The position numbers and the translations under genes were made by a program. Positions 26,367 to 40,339 of a stretch of DNA of 64,000 nt are shown here, piece after piece (within the stretch, counting starts at the first letter, position 1; each line of letters opens with the position of its first letter). Origin of the DNA: Octopus vulgaris (Eukaryota); contig OX597819.1 in NCBI GenBank assembly GCA_951406725.2, positions 67,766,001 through 67,830,000 on the forward strand, read 5' to 3'. Under the pieces are notes generated by a model. That model saw nothing but the letters and a program-made list of their open reading frames with translations. It made no database searches and was not told the DNA's origin.

Positions 26367-26683
26367 CAATGTTGATAATAATGATGATGGTGGTGGTGGT
26401 GGTGGTGATGATGACGATAATGATGATGGTGGTGGCTATGATGACGATGATGGTGAAGCCAAATATATATTTTTCACCTAGTGCATTTTGGGAATAATAT
26501 TTAATTTAAATTTATATATAAAAAAAAAATGTAAATATTTATTTCGCACTGTTTCAAATTGACTTTCCCTCGAGAAAAATACTTCCATTAGGAGAGAGAA
26601 AAAAAAAGAACATATGATTCGACAACAGCGGTAATAATATTAATATTCATACTGTTATTATTTTTATAATGATAATAATAATA

Positions 26684-26767
<84 letters not shown>

Positions 26768-26911
26768 GTTTAATGATAATAATTTCTTTTGATTTATGCT
26801 CAAGAAACGCAATTTTTAGAGATGGTTAGTCGATACTATCGTCTCTAGTACTTCGTTTGTACCTTATGCTATCGACCCTGAAGATATAGGAGATAATAAT
26901 AATGATGATGT

Positions 26912-26986
<75 letters not shown>

Positions 26987-27099
26987 CAATAATAATATTA
27001 ACCCAAGGCACACAGAGCTGCGCTCGGTAGTGAAATGAAAGCACGTTATATAAATAAAACTACTGAATGACAATAATAATAATAATAATAATAATAATC

Positions 27100-27140
<41 letters not shown>

Positions 27141-27182
27141 TAATAATAATAATAAATAATAACGATGACGATGATGATGATT
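25000..27182. repeat. Mosaic of trinucleotide microsatellites (AAT, ATC, AGT/AGC, GGA) with SINE fragments
   Basis: Seen directly; it explains the poly-N/D/M/L ORFs. Confidence 0.9.
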
Positions 27183-27291
27183 AGAAATGTATAAAATCTC
27201 TCCGGTTATTGGTAATTTTGCCCCGAGAAACCTGGATTATTATAATATTTTATAACATATTATAATATTTTATACAAAAATAAATATTAAA

Positions 27292-27518
27292 GTGTTTATA
27301 TGCCATTCAAGAAACACACAAAATCCGTTAGACTCACTTCAACATTTAAATTTAATTTGTCAAAATATTTTCGTCGCTTTGAGACCGCGACCTGATCACT
27401 GTCAAAATTCGTGCAGCACGGAATTATGTCACTGAACGAAAATATTTTGACAGATTAAATTTAAATGTTGAAGTGAATCTAACGGATTGTGTGTGTTTCT
27501 TAAATGGCTTATAAACAC
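27292..27518. mobile_element. Fold-back (MITE-like) element, about 90-bp arms
   Basis: GTGTTTATATGCCATTCAAGAAACACAC..AAAATATTTTCGT versus ACGAAAATATTTT..GTGTGTTTCTTAAATGGCTTATAAACAC. Confidence 0.85.
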
Positions 27519-28210
27519 CATCTACGCTGCAATTGTTTTCGTTCCAGCACACGATCTCAGATCGTGTCACTTGCTATGCAAGGACATCTCCGAGTTACCT
27601 GTGGTCTTATCAAATTAAAGATACACCAAATCTCATATATTAAAGATGCAACTAAACTCATATATGTGCCAACAATGAAGGGAAAACATCTAAATGTTAA
27701 AAAATATCAGCGGGTGGCTAAAAAATATCTGTAGATCACTACATACTCCATCAGCTGCAATCGTGTTCAACTGGATGCTTATCTGGAACAAATACAGTAT
27801 TAAATAACATATAAGTGACTAAAGCATATTGTCAACGCAATTTTCAGATTGATTCATAACATGCAACAAAGTTTGACATTTACCTTGCAGATACAGTCAA
27901 TCTACAACTTTCCATGGTTTCATATATCCAGTTTTTACACGCAATGTGGAACCTTAGTCTATGGTAAGCAAACTACCATATTTCATTTCATTGGCCATGA
28001 AGGCCGTATACAGGGGGGGTAGTCTGTGGGTTGGACAAAAAACATTAATGAGATGACTGATGAAAAGGATGGTGGAAATGGGAGAATGCAAAAGACGCCC
28101 GTCAATCTTCTGCTTTTCTAAAACATTGTATTTGGTTTTTTCAAAACAAAAAACAAACGAGGTATTAAACCTCTTATCTCAGTTCTACAAGTACTGGACT
28201 TAATAGTTCA

Positions 28211-29434
28211 TTACAAATTGAGGCGCTGAGCATCCTGCAGGCAATGCTCAAGCTCCAGGTCGGGGCCCCAGAACCTAAACATGTCTTTCGGAAAGGAGTC
28301 CATCACCTTGAACAAATCGGCGTCCGATATGACCTCCGTAGTCACCTGCGGAGGCCAATCAGCGTCTTCAGTCCAAGGCATGGTCTCCTCCCTCCAGATC
28401 TCTAGCTTCCTTAAGAAGCTCTGATTTGCCCCTCCCTTATGGAAGACGACAAGATTATCTCTCGTCGCTTTGGGAGGGACCACAGTTTCCTCCATCGGTG
28501 GCACAAATTCCCACCGACGAGGTTACAGGACATGCCGGCAGTGTACCATCAACCGCCGGCAATATCCCGTCTTTATATTTTTCTTTTTTTTCTTGATCTC
28601 CCTTTTGCTACGGGAGGGTGTAGTACCTGCGCTTTATCAGGAGGATCTTCCCCCATCTCCCGCACATTTAGAGTCATTCGATGGGCAACCATTGTTGCCC
28701 ACCTTCTTTCTTTTCTTTCCTTTTTTCGAGGAGGTCTCCACCTTCTCGACTGCCTCCATCTCTCCCTCCAATGGGGTCGCGGGGGCGCTACTTTTATTTA
28801 CTGCTCCAGGACTTTACCTTGGTCCTGAGAACAGTTCTTTCTAATGTGGCCTGGTTCCAAGCACACGTGACACTTGAGGTGCGTCCCTCAAGAATAACCG
28901 GATACCTAGAAACGGCCATTCTCAAAAAATCTGGGAAAACCTGATTATTGGCTGATTGGGTCCACAGGATCAAAACCGCTTTTGACCCCTCCCAATCAGC
29001 CGCAGACAGAATTTTAACATTTAGGAGCTTTGGTCCGCTGCCACCCAGACCCCAGTGGATAGTGTCTTCTATCCACTCGAGTTCTATCCCGGTTGGCAGC
29101 CCACAGACCCAAGCTCTTGTTACTTTATTCCCACAATATGTGGGAACAAACAGAATCTTTTGCCCTTCTAAGGGCTGGCTCGCAAATTTGCGAGCCACCA
29201 CAGGGGTGTCATATAGCAACAACACTGTTGCGTAATTGACACCCCTGACAACAATCTTAATACTGGCAGATATTCTGCCAACACTTTTTCAATATATATT
29301 TGAGGGAACACAGTGATGTTGGCGAGTGACTTAGTATAAGTCCTCAACACCACGGTACTATCGTTCAAGTCTTTTAGCCACTCCTTGGGAGATACAATCT
29401 CCCACCCCAACGCAGTGTTTACATTCTTTGTCAT
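28211..29434 (-). pseudogene. Disrupted L1/Tx1-type ORF1 (gag-like) reading frame with CCHC zinc knuckle
   Basis: Overlapping minus ORFs 29168-29434, 28794-29225 and 28211-28504; after YPVILEGR a frameshift gives KCHVCLEPGHIRKNC (28831-28872), then Lys-rich tracts; GC-rich relative to flanks. Confidence 0.7.
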
Positions 29435-29966
29435 GCTTGCAGAAAAGAAAATCCCAAAAATAGTTCAAACAAGAAGTGTAAATAAAGTCAAAAATAAATA
29501 AAAAGAACAGAAAGACAGGGCAGAGAAAAAGAATGAAGGAAGAAAGTTCAAGACACGGCAATACAATTCCGGCCACAGGTACTCCAGGGTCACAGCAGCG
29601 GGAACCCAAAAGTGTCCTCCACAAATTGGTAGAATTTCACAATTTTTCGATGGCAAGACACGCCCCCAAACAACAACTCTCATAACTAAGTGAGTCACTT
29701 ACCGCGACTACAGGCAAACAAATGTCTGAGACCCAGTGAGTATTTCTTATTTGAAAAAAGAAATACAATATTAACGACAAAACCCCACTAAATCCCGCCC
29801 CCACAAAAAAAAACACAGATGACTACCTTACCGCCGTGCCTTCAAATGTTCTTCAACTTAAGACGGCTACGAAGCACGTCTTGACAGCATTCAGTGTGGA
29901 AGCAACTAACCAACGCATGCGCAGTAAGCAAGCTACATACTATACAGCCACAGTATATATATATAT

Positions 29967-30010
<44 letters not shown>

Positions 30011-30032
30011 GAAAGATATACATCTCTCTCTC

Positions 30033-30091
<59 letters not shown>

Positions 30092-30093
<2 letters not shown>

Positions 30094-30432
30094 AGGCGCA
30101 TGGCTCAGTGGTTAGAGCGTCGAGCTTACGATCGTGAGGTTGTGAGTTCGAATCCCGGACCGGGCTGCGTGTTGTGTTCTTGAGCAAAACACTTTATTTC
30201 ACGTTGCTCCAGTTCACTCAGCTGTAGAAATGAGTTGCGACGTCACAAGTGCCAAGCTGTATCCACCTTTGTCTTTCCCTTGGATAACACTGGTGGCGTG
30301 GAGAGGGAGGCCGGTATGCATGGGCGACTGCTGGTCTTCCATAAAAACAACCTTGCCCAGACTTGTGCCTCAGAGGGTAACTCTCTAGGTGCAAACCCAT
30401 GGTCACACATGACCGAAGGGGGTCTTTACCCT
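30092..30432 (+). mobile_element. tRNA-derived SINE (family B)
   Basis: GGCGCATGGCTCAGTGGTTAGAGCG A-box, GTTCGAATCC B-box, GTGTTCTTGAGCAAAACACTT central domain; second copy at 54335-54572. Confidence 0.9.
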
Positions 30433-30455
30433 TTATATATATATATATATGTATA

Positions 30456-30556
<101 letters not shown>

Positions 30557-31364
30557 GCGTTTGATTCTCTAGTATGTTTAGGTAACATTTGATGGCGGAA
30601 GTTCCTCTACGCAGTTATACAGACAACTTCAAATCATTTACATATTTACGATTAGCCTCGTCTAAGGACTGAACATTCAATTTCCACGGAGTATATTTGG
30701 ACTAACCTCCATATTTATCTCCCTTCCACACGCAGTGCATACACAATTCTTGGCTTGTCATTTTGCTAACCAAAGCTCACACATACACGCATCTTCTACA
30801 CTTCCCACTTTCATGTGCGCCGTTAATCTATAACTATTCTTAAATCTGTGTAAGGAGTAAAATATATTCAAAATATAATTTTTATGTCATCAAACCCCAA
30901 TATAATTTGTTCTGATATCTTTATAACACAAAATGCTCACTTCTGTCTCTATTTAAAATAACACGATCTTACAATCAATATGATTTTGCGCTTCACCAAT
31001 TCGTATCAGATTAATAATGCATGACATTTATATATTAATACCGAAAGAAAGGTTAGATGCAAACATCTATATTTCAAGTGACGTCTGGTCTATAATTTAA
31101 TCACACGCTTATGACATGTGATTGACTTCCATGTGTTTAAAAATATACATACTACATACGTACATACAGACATGCATGCATTTCCATATATATATCCTAA
31201 TATCAAACATTTAGAATAAATGTACTGAACACGACTCAGATGGATATTATTTGACGGTTTACAAAACAAACAATATCTCTTTGAATATCGCTTCATTCTA
31301 ATCGAAAGATATCGCATGGCAATGTTGTTACTCGTCTCCATTTTATATGTAATATATATATATA

Positions 31365-31760
31365 TAGGGTAAAATTAATTGATTAATTAATTAATATTAA
31401 TATTTTCACCAAGTGGACAGTACGTTAGAAATATGTTTTAAGGTGAATTACACAAAATATTCTATAATTATTTACATAATAATAATCAGAAGTCAACTAA
31501 ATGCCTCGCCACGTACGAAATTAGAAATAGACGCTAATGTCTTTTCAACTGCCATAAAATTCTCCGAAACAATAGCACACTTTTTTATGTACGCAAAAAG
31601 AAAAATGATGGATCCACACAACTTCCGTTAATCACAGATGCGTTTCGAATTTAAAGTAAATTATATTTTTCTACTGTTCTCCTCAGTGTGATACTGCGAG
31701 TTATAGATTTGCGTGTATTAGGATTAAATTTGTACGCGATCAAGCGTCATCGCATAACTA
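31365..31760 (-). mobile_element. Penelope-LTR-like repeat
   Basis: Shares AGGGTAAAATTAATT..TTTCACCAAGT with 22400-22440 and carries a hammerhead motif. Confidence 0.6.
31631..31692 (-). ncRNA. Type I hammerhead ribozyme motif
   Basis: AUCACA-CUGAGGA-GAA..UUC-GAAA-CGCA-UC-UGUGAU; perfect 6-bp stem I. Confidence 0.75.
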
Positions 31761-31844
31761 CTGACCGTGTGATTACCCCTGCACTGTATGTAAGGTTTGA
31801 AACCTCCCAGGTGTTGATAACTTCAATCATATTCCGTCCGGTAA

Positions 31845-33960
31845 ATTTCGAGTACTCCACCTTAAATTGTTGTCATTTCTTTCTCCATCAGCTTTTCTAT
31901 CTCCAGTATCCCCAATTACTTATAGCCCGTCACTTCTATTTGCTTCACAACCTCTCCCCGCCTCTCTTCAAGTCTAACGCACCACACTTTTTTCTGTCCG
32001 AACTGATTCTTATATCAGCACTGAAAGTATACACCGTATCAATGAAGGGAGTGATTTGAGCTTGATCTTTATCATAAAGTTCAAGTTCATCCATGAATAA
32101 CAAGTGGTTGACTTTTTTTTGGCGGCTTTTGAATGCATGTCCAACCTTTCCTTTCCTCAGAATCAGTGTTAGTGGTATCATGCATAGTACATAGATCAGT
32201 GGGGACAGGCAGTCCCCTTTGAAGATGTCTATCCTGATTTCTATTGTCCTAAAATTTCTTCCATATGCTCTCAGTCCCATCCTCTAATTCCCCATATTTT
32301 TTCCAAGCAATAGATCAACATTCGATACAATACCAAATAGGTTCATACATTCCATAATCCAAGAATACGGGATCATATCCTACGCCGTACGATAATCGAT
32401 CCATGACACGTCTAAGTTAGTTTTCCTTCTCTTGCAATCTCTAAGTACAGTTTTGTCTACCAGAAGTTAATCATTTCTACCACTGCAATTACGCTGGCAC
32501 CACTTATGCTCATGTGGCAGGACTCCATTTTTTCCAGATGTCCATACATTGACTCTCCACTTAAGTGGCAAGTAGGATATCCGTCTGTAATTTGTCTACC
32601 GTACTGCCTTTCTCGATATTTTTGAAGCACATCACTGTCCTAATCATTGGAAACCATTCTGGAGTTCCTTTTTTTTGCTTTAAACAAGGGGTTGAGTTGT
32701 GCAGCTATTCGTACATGACATTCACCAAATCTTTTGATCCAGTAACCTTGAACTCTATTTGCTCCCTGGGCCTTCCATTTCCCCATTTTTCTTCTTCTTT
32801 TTTTTTGCTTATTTCTTTCACTTCCCTAACTGAACTGAATAGTTCTGCCTGTTTTGGACAGACTGCTGTTTGTTTCAGTTCTTGCAACCATTCAACATCC
32901 TTCTTGTGCTCCTTGTCTTTTCTCCAGATGTCACTCCGAAACATTTGCTTTTTGTCCATTACATTGCGACTTGGCCTAATGGCACTTAATGTTTGCCTTC
33001 GTTGAATGTTTACTCTGTACATCCACTCTTGATGTTTGTTCATTCGGAGCCCTAATTCCCCACAAATTTTATATTTAAAAATTTTCTGGATGCCTCTGTT
33101 TTATGAAGTTTTCCTATCTTGTCATTGAAAGCCCGAAACGGGTAGTAACAAACATTGGACAACTGAGGAGAAGTTAGACTTCTTTTGGTATTTTGTCCCG
33201 AACTTGTCTCTCGTTATGTGTTTAGATATTTTCATTCGTTGTTGATGTCCTGTACTTATCTCTCGTGTGTTTATTTTTTTTTGTTTGTTGTCAATGTCCT
33301 GTACTTAATGTGTATTTTTTATTTATGTATAATCGAACACTACACAGCCTTGTCTACTACACTCTCCATTTATTTCTTTGTAGAATCTCTTCTGATCTAC
33401 ACTGAATAACCTATTCTGCTCGTATCCCTTCATTCTTTGGTCGTATATTACCATCTTTGCTTTCTTTGCAACGAGGTACTGTTTCATTTCCTCCATTACG
33501 ACTTTCAGGCCCATTGTGTCTATATAATACATCCTGTTCAGTGCCCGCATATTTGTTCGCTTTTAAGTTTTACCTTGTCTTTTCGGTCTAACACAGAAAT
33601 GTCCTTCCAGTGCATATCTAACTCCGCCTGTATTTTTAACTTCCATCATGGATCTTTTCTTTTGTCATTCCCATTATATTCATTTTTCTTGACATCAACA
33701 CTCATATTTTCTTCTACAACAATCTTTGATATTTTGATCAAATTATTTATTTCTGTGATGCTTTTTGTTCTGATATTTTTCAGAATTTCATTCATATTTT
33801 TCGTTTCTTGATTCAGTTTCCGCCGATCGACCTTTATAAGGTTGCAAATAATGTCACTATCATTCTCATGTAACATTGCCTTTTTTCTGTCGTATATTGA
33901 TTTTTGTCCTACTGTCATGTCATCATTTATTCTATTTTCTCCTTCCAAACCATCTATATG
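31845..33960 (-). mobile_element. Decayed R4/Dong-type non-LTR retrotransposon, N-terminal region through RT
   Basis: QNRLFSVDQKRFY, SDIW..HKKDVEWL, WIDYRTA*DMIPYSWI, IFKGDCLSPL, VNHLLFMDELELY, KKCG; interrupted by an unrelated insert at about 32990-33325. Confidence 0.9.
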
Positions 33961-33963
33961 TTT

Positions 33964-34690
33964 CTAATCGAGCAAGCTACCAATGCTACTTTCCTGTGGT
34001 TTATTAGACAGAAGTGAGATGTGATTATTTTCAAGAACTGCAGGTGGATTGTATTCCCACCAGTTTTTATGATGAATTAGGTCCAGGTTTTTGCAAATTA
34101 GGCAGTGAATATATGGCGCAGCTCTATCATGCCTGTTGAGATACACTGTAGGTGCAAGAAGACTGCACATAGAGACATAATCAATAGTTTCATTTTGTTG
34201 TTTACATACACGACATGTTGTGTTACTGCCGTTCTTTAACATGGTGGCCTAGCAGTTTCTTGTAGGTAGGCATTGATCTTGGGCTGCTATGTTAAACCCT
34301 TCTGTTTCCCATTTTAAGCCAGAAGACACTAAACATTGATGGATAAGGATTTTGTCAACATCGGCACTATTAGCTCTCTTGGGCTTTTTGCCATTTATCA
34401 GTAAGAATGTCTAGGGCAGCAGTTTTAGCACGGGTTTCCATACGCTTAGCCTTTTCTGTAGTTGTTTCTCGTAGTCTAATTCTACTAATACGTTGTATTT
34501 GAAATTGTCATATATTATTTTGCCTGTTTTGTTACTGAGCATTCTGCTTTTATGTTTTCATGCCTTCAGACAAGTTTTAACATTCAGTCATCAGAGCTTT
34601 TCAGGTAGGTGGCCACGCCAATTGCTAGTTCCAGTTGTAAAAATCCACAGTTAACTTCTTTTCTTGGCAGCTAAAGTTGTTATATATATC
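33964..34690 (-). mobile_element. R4/Dong-type fragment, post-RT through zinc finger
   Basis: L*LPRKE..G, GLKWETEGFNIAAQDQCLPTRN, CRVCKQQNETI..C..LA..YLNRHD, P.AVLEN. Confidence 0.9.
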
Positions 34691-34696
34691 CTATTT

Positions 34697-34762
34697 TCAT
34701 TATCATTATTATTATTATTATTATTAATCTGCTTCTCCTTCTTCTTCTTCTTCTTCTTCTTC

Positions 34763-34835
<73 letters not shown>

Positions 34836-34862
34836 TATCATCATCATTATTATTATTATTAG

Positions 34863-34906
<44 letters not shown>

Positions 34907-34960
34907 TTGTTGTTGTTGTTGTTGTTATTATTATCATCATCATTTTTATTTTTATTATTC
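34697..34960. repeat. (ATT)n/(CTT)n/(GTT)n microsatellite
   Basis: Seen directly. Confidence 0.9.
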
Positions 34961-35227
34961 ACATAGTTCCCTCTATTTCTATCTTTTCACCTGTGTCTTC
35001 CATTCTGAATTCTTTTATTCAAAAGGTAAAAGAAGATCGTATAAGGCACAGATGTGAGGCGAATATGAGGCAAAATTGACACAACCAATATGCAAGTATA
35101 TTTTTATATCTTCACGAATATATCCCGTCGAAAGTTATTAACCTACATATAGTGTTATATTAAACTTCATTTGCTTAAATATATTACCTGTCACTTATTC
35201 TCTGTTCCTCTCCCTCTCTCTCCACAA

Positions 35228-36374
<1,147 letters not shown>

Positions 36375-37272
36375 CAGATCTGTGCAGGCTTATCATCTAA
36401 TGACTACTCCACCCGTACATCCGTATGTTTTTCATTCCTTCTTCCTGAAATTGTCCTCTTCATTAAGTACTTGGTTTACCTCTGTTTCTTTCTTTGTCTC
36501 TCGCCTCCCTCCCCCTCTCTCTCTCTCTCTCCCTCTCTCTCTCTCTCTCACTTCACACAAACACCCACACACACATACTGATTTCTCTCTCCTTGTCACT
36601 ATTTCTATCTCCATTTGTCTCTTCGCTTCACTGACAAAGCAACCGAGAGAAATTAATCTATCTTTCTCTCCTTGCCCGTTATCTGTTCTGTTTTCCTTTC
36701 CTATTTTCTTTTTCTTTCTATTTCTTTTTATAAACACTAAACCGTTACTCGATCATTTACAATCTTTCTCAATAACAGAAAACACATATACACTATTTTT
36801 CGATTTTCGATATGTCCCGTTAAATAGTCATAATTTTTCAATCGGTGTAAAAGAGGCGAAATATCGCTACTAAAATGTAGTTTAGAAGTCATCAAAGACA
36901 GTATAATTTGCGTTGTTATCTTTAGAAAACAAAATGGACACCGCTCTCTATTAAAAACCACGCTTTATATTCAATGTGATTTTGCGCTTCAGCAATTCGT
37001 GCCTGATTAATAATGCATGAAATGTATCTTATTACCAATAGAAGGGTTCGATGTAAACATATATAGTTGTTGTAATATATGATCTATAATGTGATCACCG
37101 GCCATAATATGGTTGACATCATAGTGTAACTGAATATATTTATTTTAACACGCATTGCACCGACAGAATTTCATACATAAATTAATAGAAAATTGCGATA
37201 TATAAATATATAGATATGTGTGTGTGTGTGTATGTGTATTTATATGTGTGTATATGTTTGTACGTATGTATG

Positions 37273-37331
<59 letters not shown>

Positions 37332-38426
37332 GTATATATACGTATATATATTATATTATTGTATGTACATGCAGATATGTTATATACACCCACACATATA
37401 GAAGCACACACATGCACACACACACATATATATAAGGACAGAGTAAAAGAATGACAGAAAGAGAGAGAGAGAAAAAAAGCTATGATGGTATACATATAAA
37501 AATATAGAAGTCAAATATTAATTGGGTAAGAAGGCAAATTAGGCGTAGAGTTAAAGTTATCATTTTCGAATTTCTCGAAACTTTTGATAAACATACATTA
37601 CATTCATACACACACGGATATTAAAGTATATATGTATATATGAATATGTATACATGTATATACTTATATATCTGTGTATCTTCATGTAATTATTTATGAT
37701 ATATGCGTGCGTGAGTGTGCGTGTATGTATATATGTATAGGTATAAATAGGGACAATTCGCAAAAATATATATGTGTATATATAAATATATATATATATG
37801 TGTGTGTGTGAGTGTATGTGTGTGTGTGTGTATTTTTCCTTTGTTAACAATTAGCACGGAAAAAATAGATAAATAGTTACCAGGATAGCAAAAAATCACA
37901 CAAGTAAAACGGGTGTAACTCCTCGTTTTTAAAGGTAGAAATTCAGGGTTTAATTAAATATTATGTATAATATATATAAATATATATAGTGAAACGCAGA
38001 TATTATTCAAATTCTCTTACTTTCGAAACATGTTCCAAAGTTATCACTGGTATTATTCCAAAGGATACACCATTTTATTTATTTGGAATAATACCAGCGT
38101 TTCACTCCATTTATATATATATATATATACATATCTGTGTGCCCCTGTCCCATTAGAATCCATATATGGAGGGCCCATGTTAATGTCTAAGGGGCTCATT
38201 CCCTCAAGTTTGAGAATTTTTTTATTCACTCCTGGAATAATGCAGTAATTATTTCTGCCTGTCTGGTTTTGTAGACAGTAGAAAAGAATACGTTTAAGAA
38301 AAAAAAAATGAAATTATAATTTTGTAGTTGTCGGTCCCCCCCCCCCACCCTTGTAGTAGCGGTCAGGCCCCCTTAGTCTGCGGGCAGCCAATATTTTCAG
38401 ACACAGTCCGCCATTGCATATATATA

Positions 38427-38467
<41 letters not shown>

Positions 38468-38725
38468 GTGTGTGTGCGTGTGCTATATTTCACGCTGCTC
38501 CTCTCCAGAGGTAACTGAGTGACCCTGCATCAGAGTGTTGAACTTTTCACTCAGTTATACGTAATAGAAGCCGTTTATCCGGCTTAACAAGCCGTAGGAC
38601 ACAAGACTGTAATGTTGACGGAACTTATTTCATTTTACTATTAGGAACTCTCACGGAAACATGTTTTTAAAGTGTTTGATATCATGCAAAACCCACGTCG
38701 AAAACATTATTTTGTAAATATGTAT

Positions 38726-38948
38726 TTAATCCTTTAACATTCAGAATAATTTTATTCAAATTTAATGCTTACTTATTCACATTATTTTCAGTTAATCATG
38801 CATTATATTGCAGCTTTGAGATGATGTGATCTTTCGTTTTTAAAATGACGTTGTAGGCTAGGTGCAAGAAGCCTGATCTGACCGGTTTGAAAATAATGAT
38901 GTAACATATTTGTTTCTGATACAGCCGGTTTAAGTGCTAAATGGTTAA
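38726..38948. mobile_element. piggyBac-like MITE
   Basis: TTAA-TCCTTTAACATT ... AGTGCTAAATGG-TTAA: degenerate TIRs with TTAA at both ends. Confidence 0.6.
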
Positions 38949-39519
38949 ACAAGTAGCAGCTATTGAAATCTATTCATTTCCCGTGCGTAGTTTCTTATTG
39001 TGTTTTCCCTCTCAGTCGTGATTTGCTTTTTTTTTCTCTCAACCACTTTCAATATATGTCCTGTATTCATTTCTTCGTCTGTCTTACTTTTAAATCCCTT
39101 CCTGCAAAGACAGCAGAGTTGATCATAATAAATTTCTTTACACGCTTACGACATTCCCGAAGCAAACGTTATGCAATTCCGTCCTCGTGCGTCGTATGAT
39201 GTCCAGTATCATCTAAGTCTTGGTGTTTTCTTTTTATATTCCTATGTACATAATATAGACTTCTAAACACACCAACAATTTGACAACCAGGAGGCCTTAC
39301 ACTGCTGCAATCCTGATACGAATTATGAACTTGTAAACAGACTTGGTAATACGAGGGGTTTATTCAAATCGACGTAAATGAACCCACCCAGCCAGCCGTT
39401 TTTTGTTGCTATTTTCACTCATACATGTTTTCCCCGAACCAGAAACCGATCAAATTATACGTAGCAATAAATATACATGTTTGCAGAAGCTTTCAGAAAA
39501 CCACACGTCTTCATATCTA

Positions 39520-39840
39520 TCATATAATTTCTTATCATATCCGTCCACAGCTTTTCAATACTCTGCGAAAAGAATTAAAAAACCTACAGAATATGGATGC
39601 CTTCAAAATGCAAAAGGAATTGGGCATTTTCCACTTCAGAGTAGCAGACTAACCAACATCCTGGTATGATGAGAGAGGGTAAGAAGTATCAAAATGCCTC
39701 ATATACTATATGATCCATCATCGAAGGAAAATGCACATGCAGAGGGGATGATATGAAATCTCACCACCCAGAATAATGGTATAAATTCACAGCGGGGATC
39801 CAGTATGACCGCAGCCGCAAAGAAGAAACGCATAAAAGAA
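39520..39840 (+). mobile_element. CR1/L2-group LINE 3' fragment
   Basis: RPQLFNTLRKELKNL..KELGIFHFRVAD*PT resembles 'GPQLFNxLPxxLR..FKxxLDxFLxxVPDEP', followed by a 3' tail. Confidence 0.6.
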
Positions 39841-40339
39841 ATACATATGAATTATATATGTATATATATATGAAAAAAAATAGATACATACATGCAAACA
39901 TACATACACACACAAACATACACGCATACATCTATATATACACATATACATGCATACAGATTACTATGATTAAATAAATGAACATTTATTTCATCATTAA
40001 AATGCGGCATATATCAAGACGTATGTTCTTTTAAATTTGAACAACTGCGTACATTTCTAGAAATGTCGATTACACAAAAGTAAAAGGATGAATGTTTTCA
40101 GAAGAAAAAAGACGAACAAAAAATTTGATAATACATAGATACACTCTACTGTGCAGCCGAGGATGCGTTGTTTTACATCAGAGTGACTAGGTTGATAAAT
40201 TAAATATAGGATGGTGGTAAATTAGTTTAAAAGATACCCATATGATAGTGTTCTTAATAAATCATTGTATTCATTTATATTCGTTATTATACTCAGGAAA
40301 AACACGCAGGCTATACGAATAGCTAATTTGATAAATTAT

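Noticed and set aside
28439-29235. Plus-strand ORFs
   Set aside because: Antisense shadows of the minus-strand ORF1-like frame.
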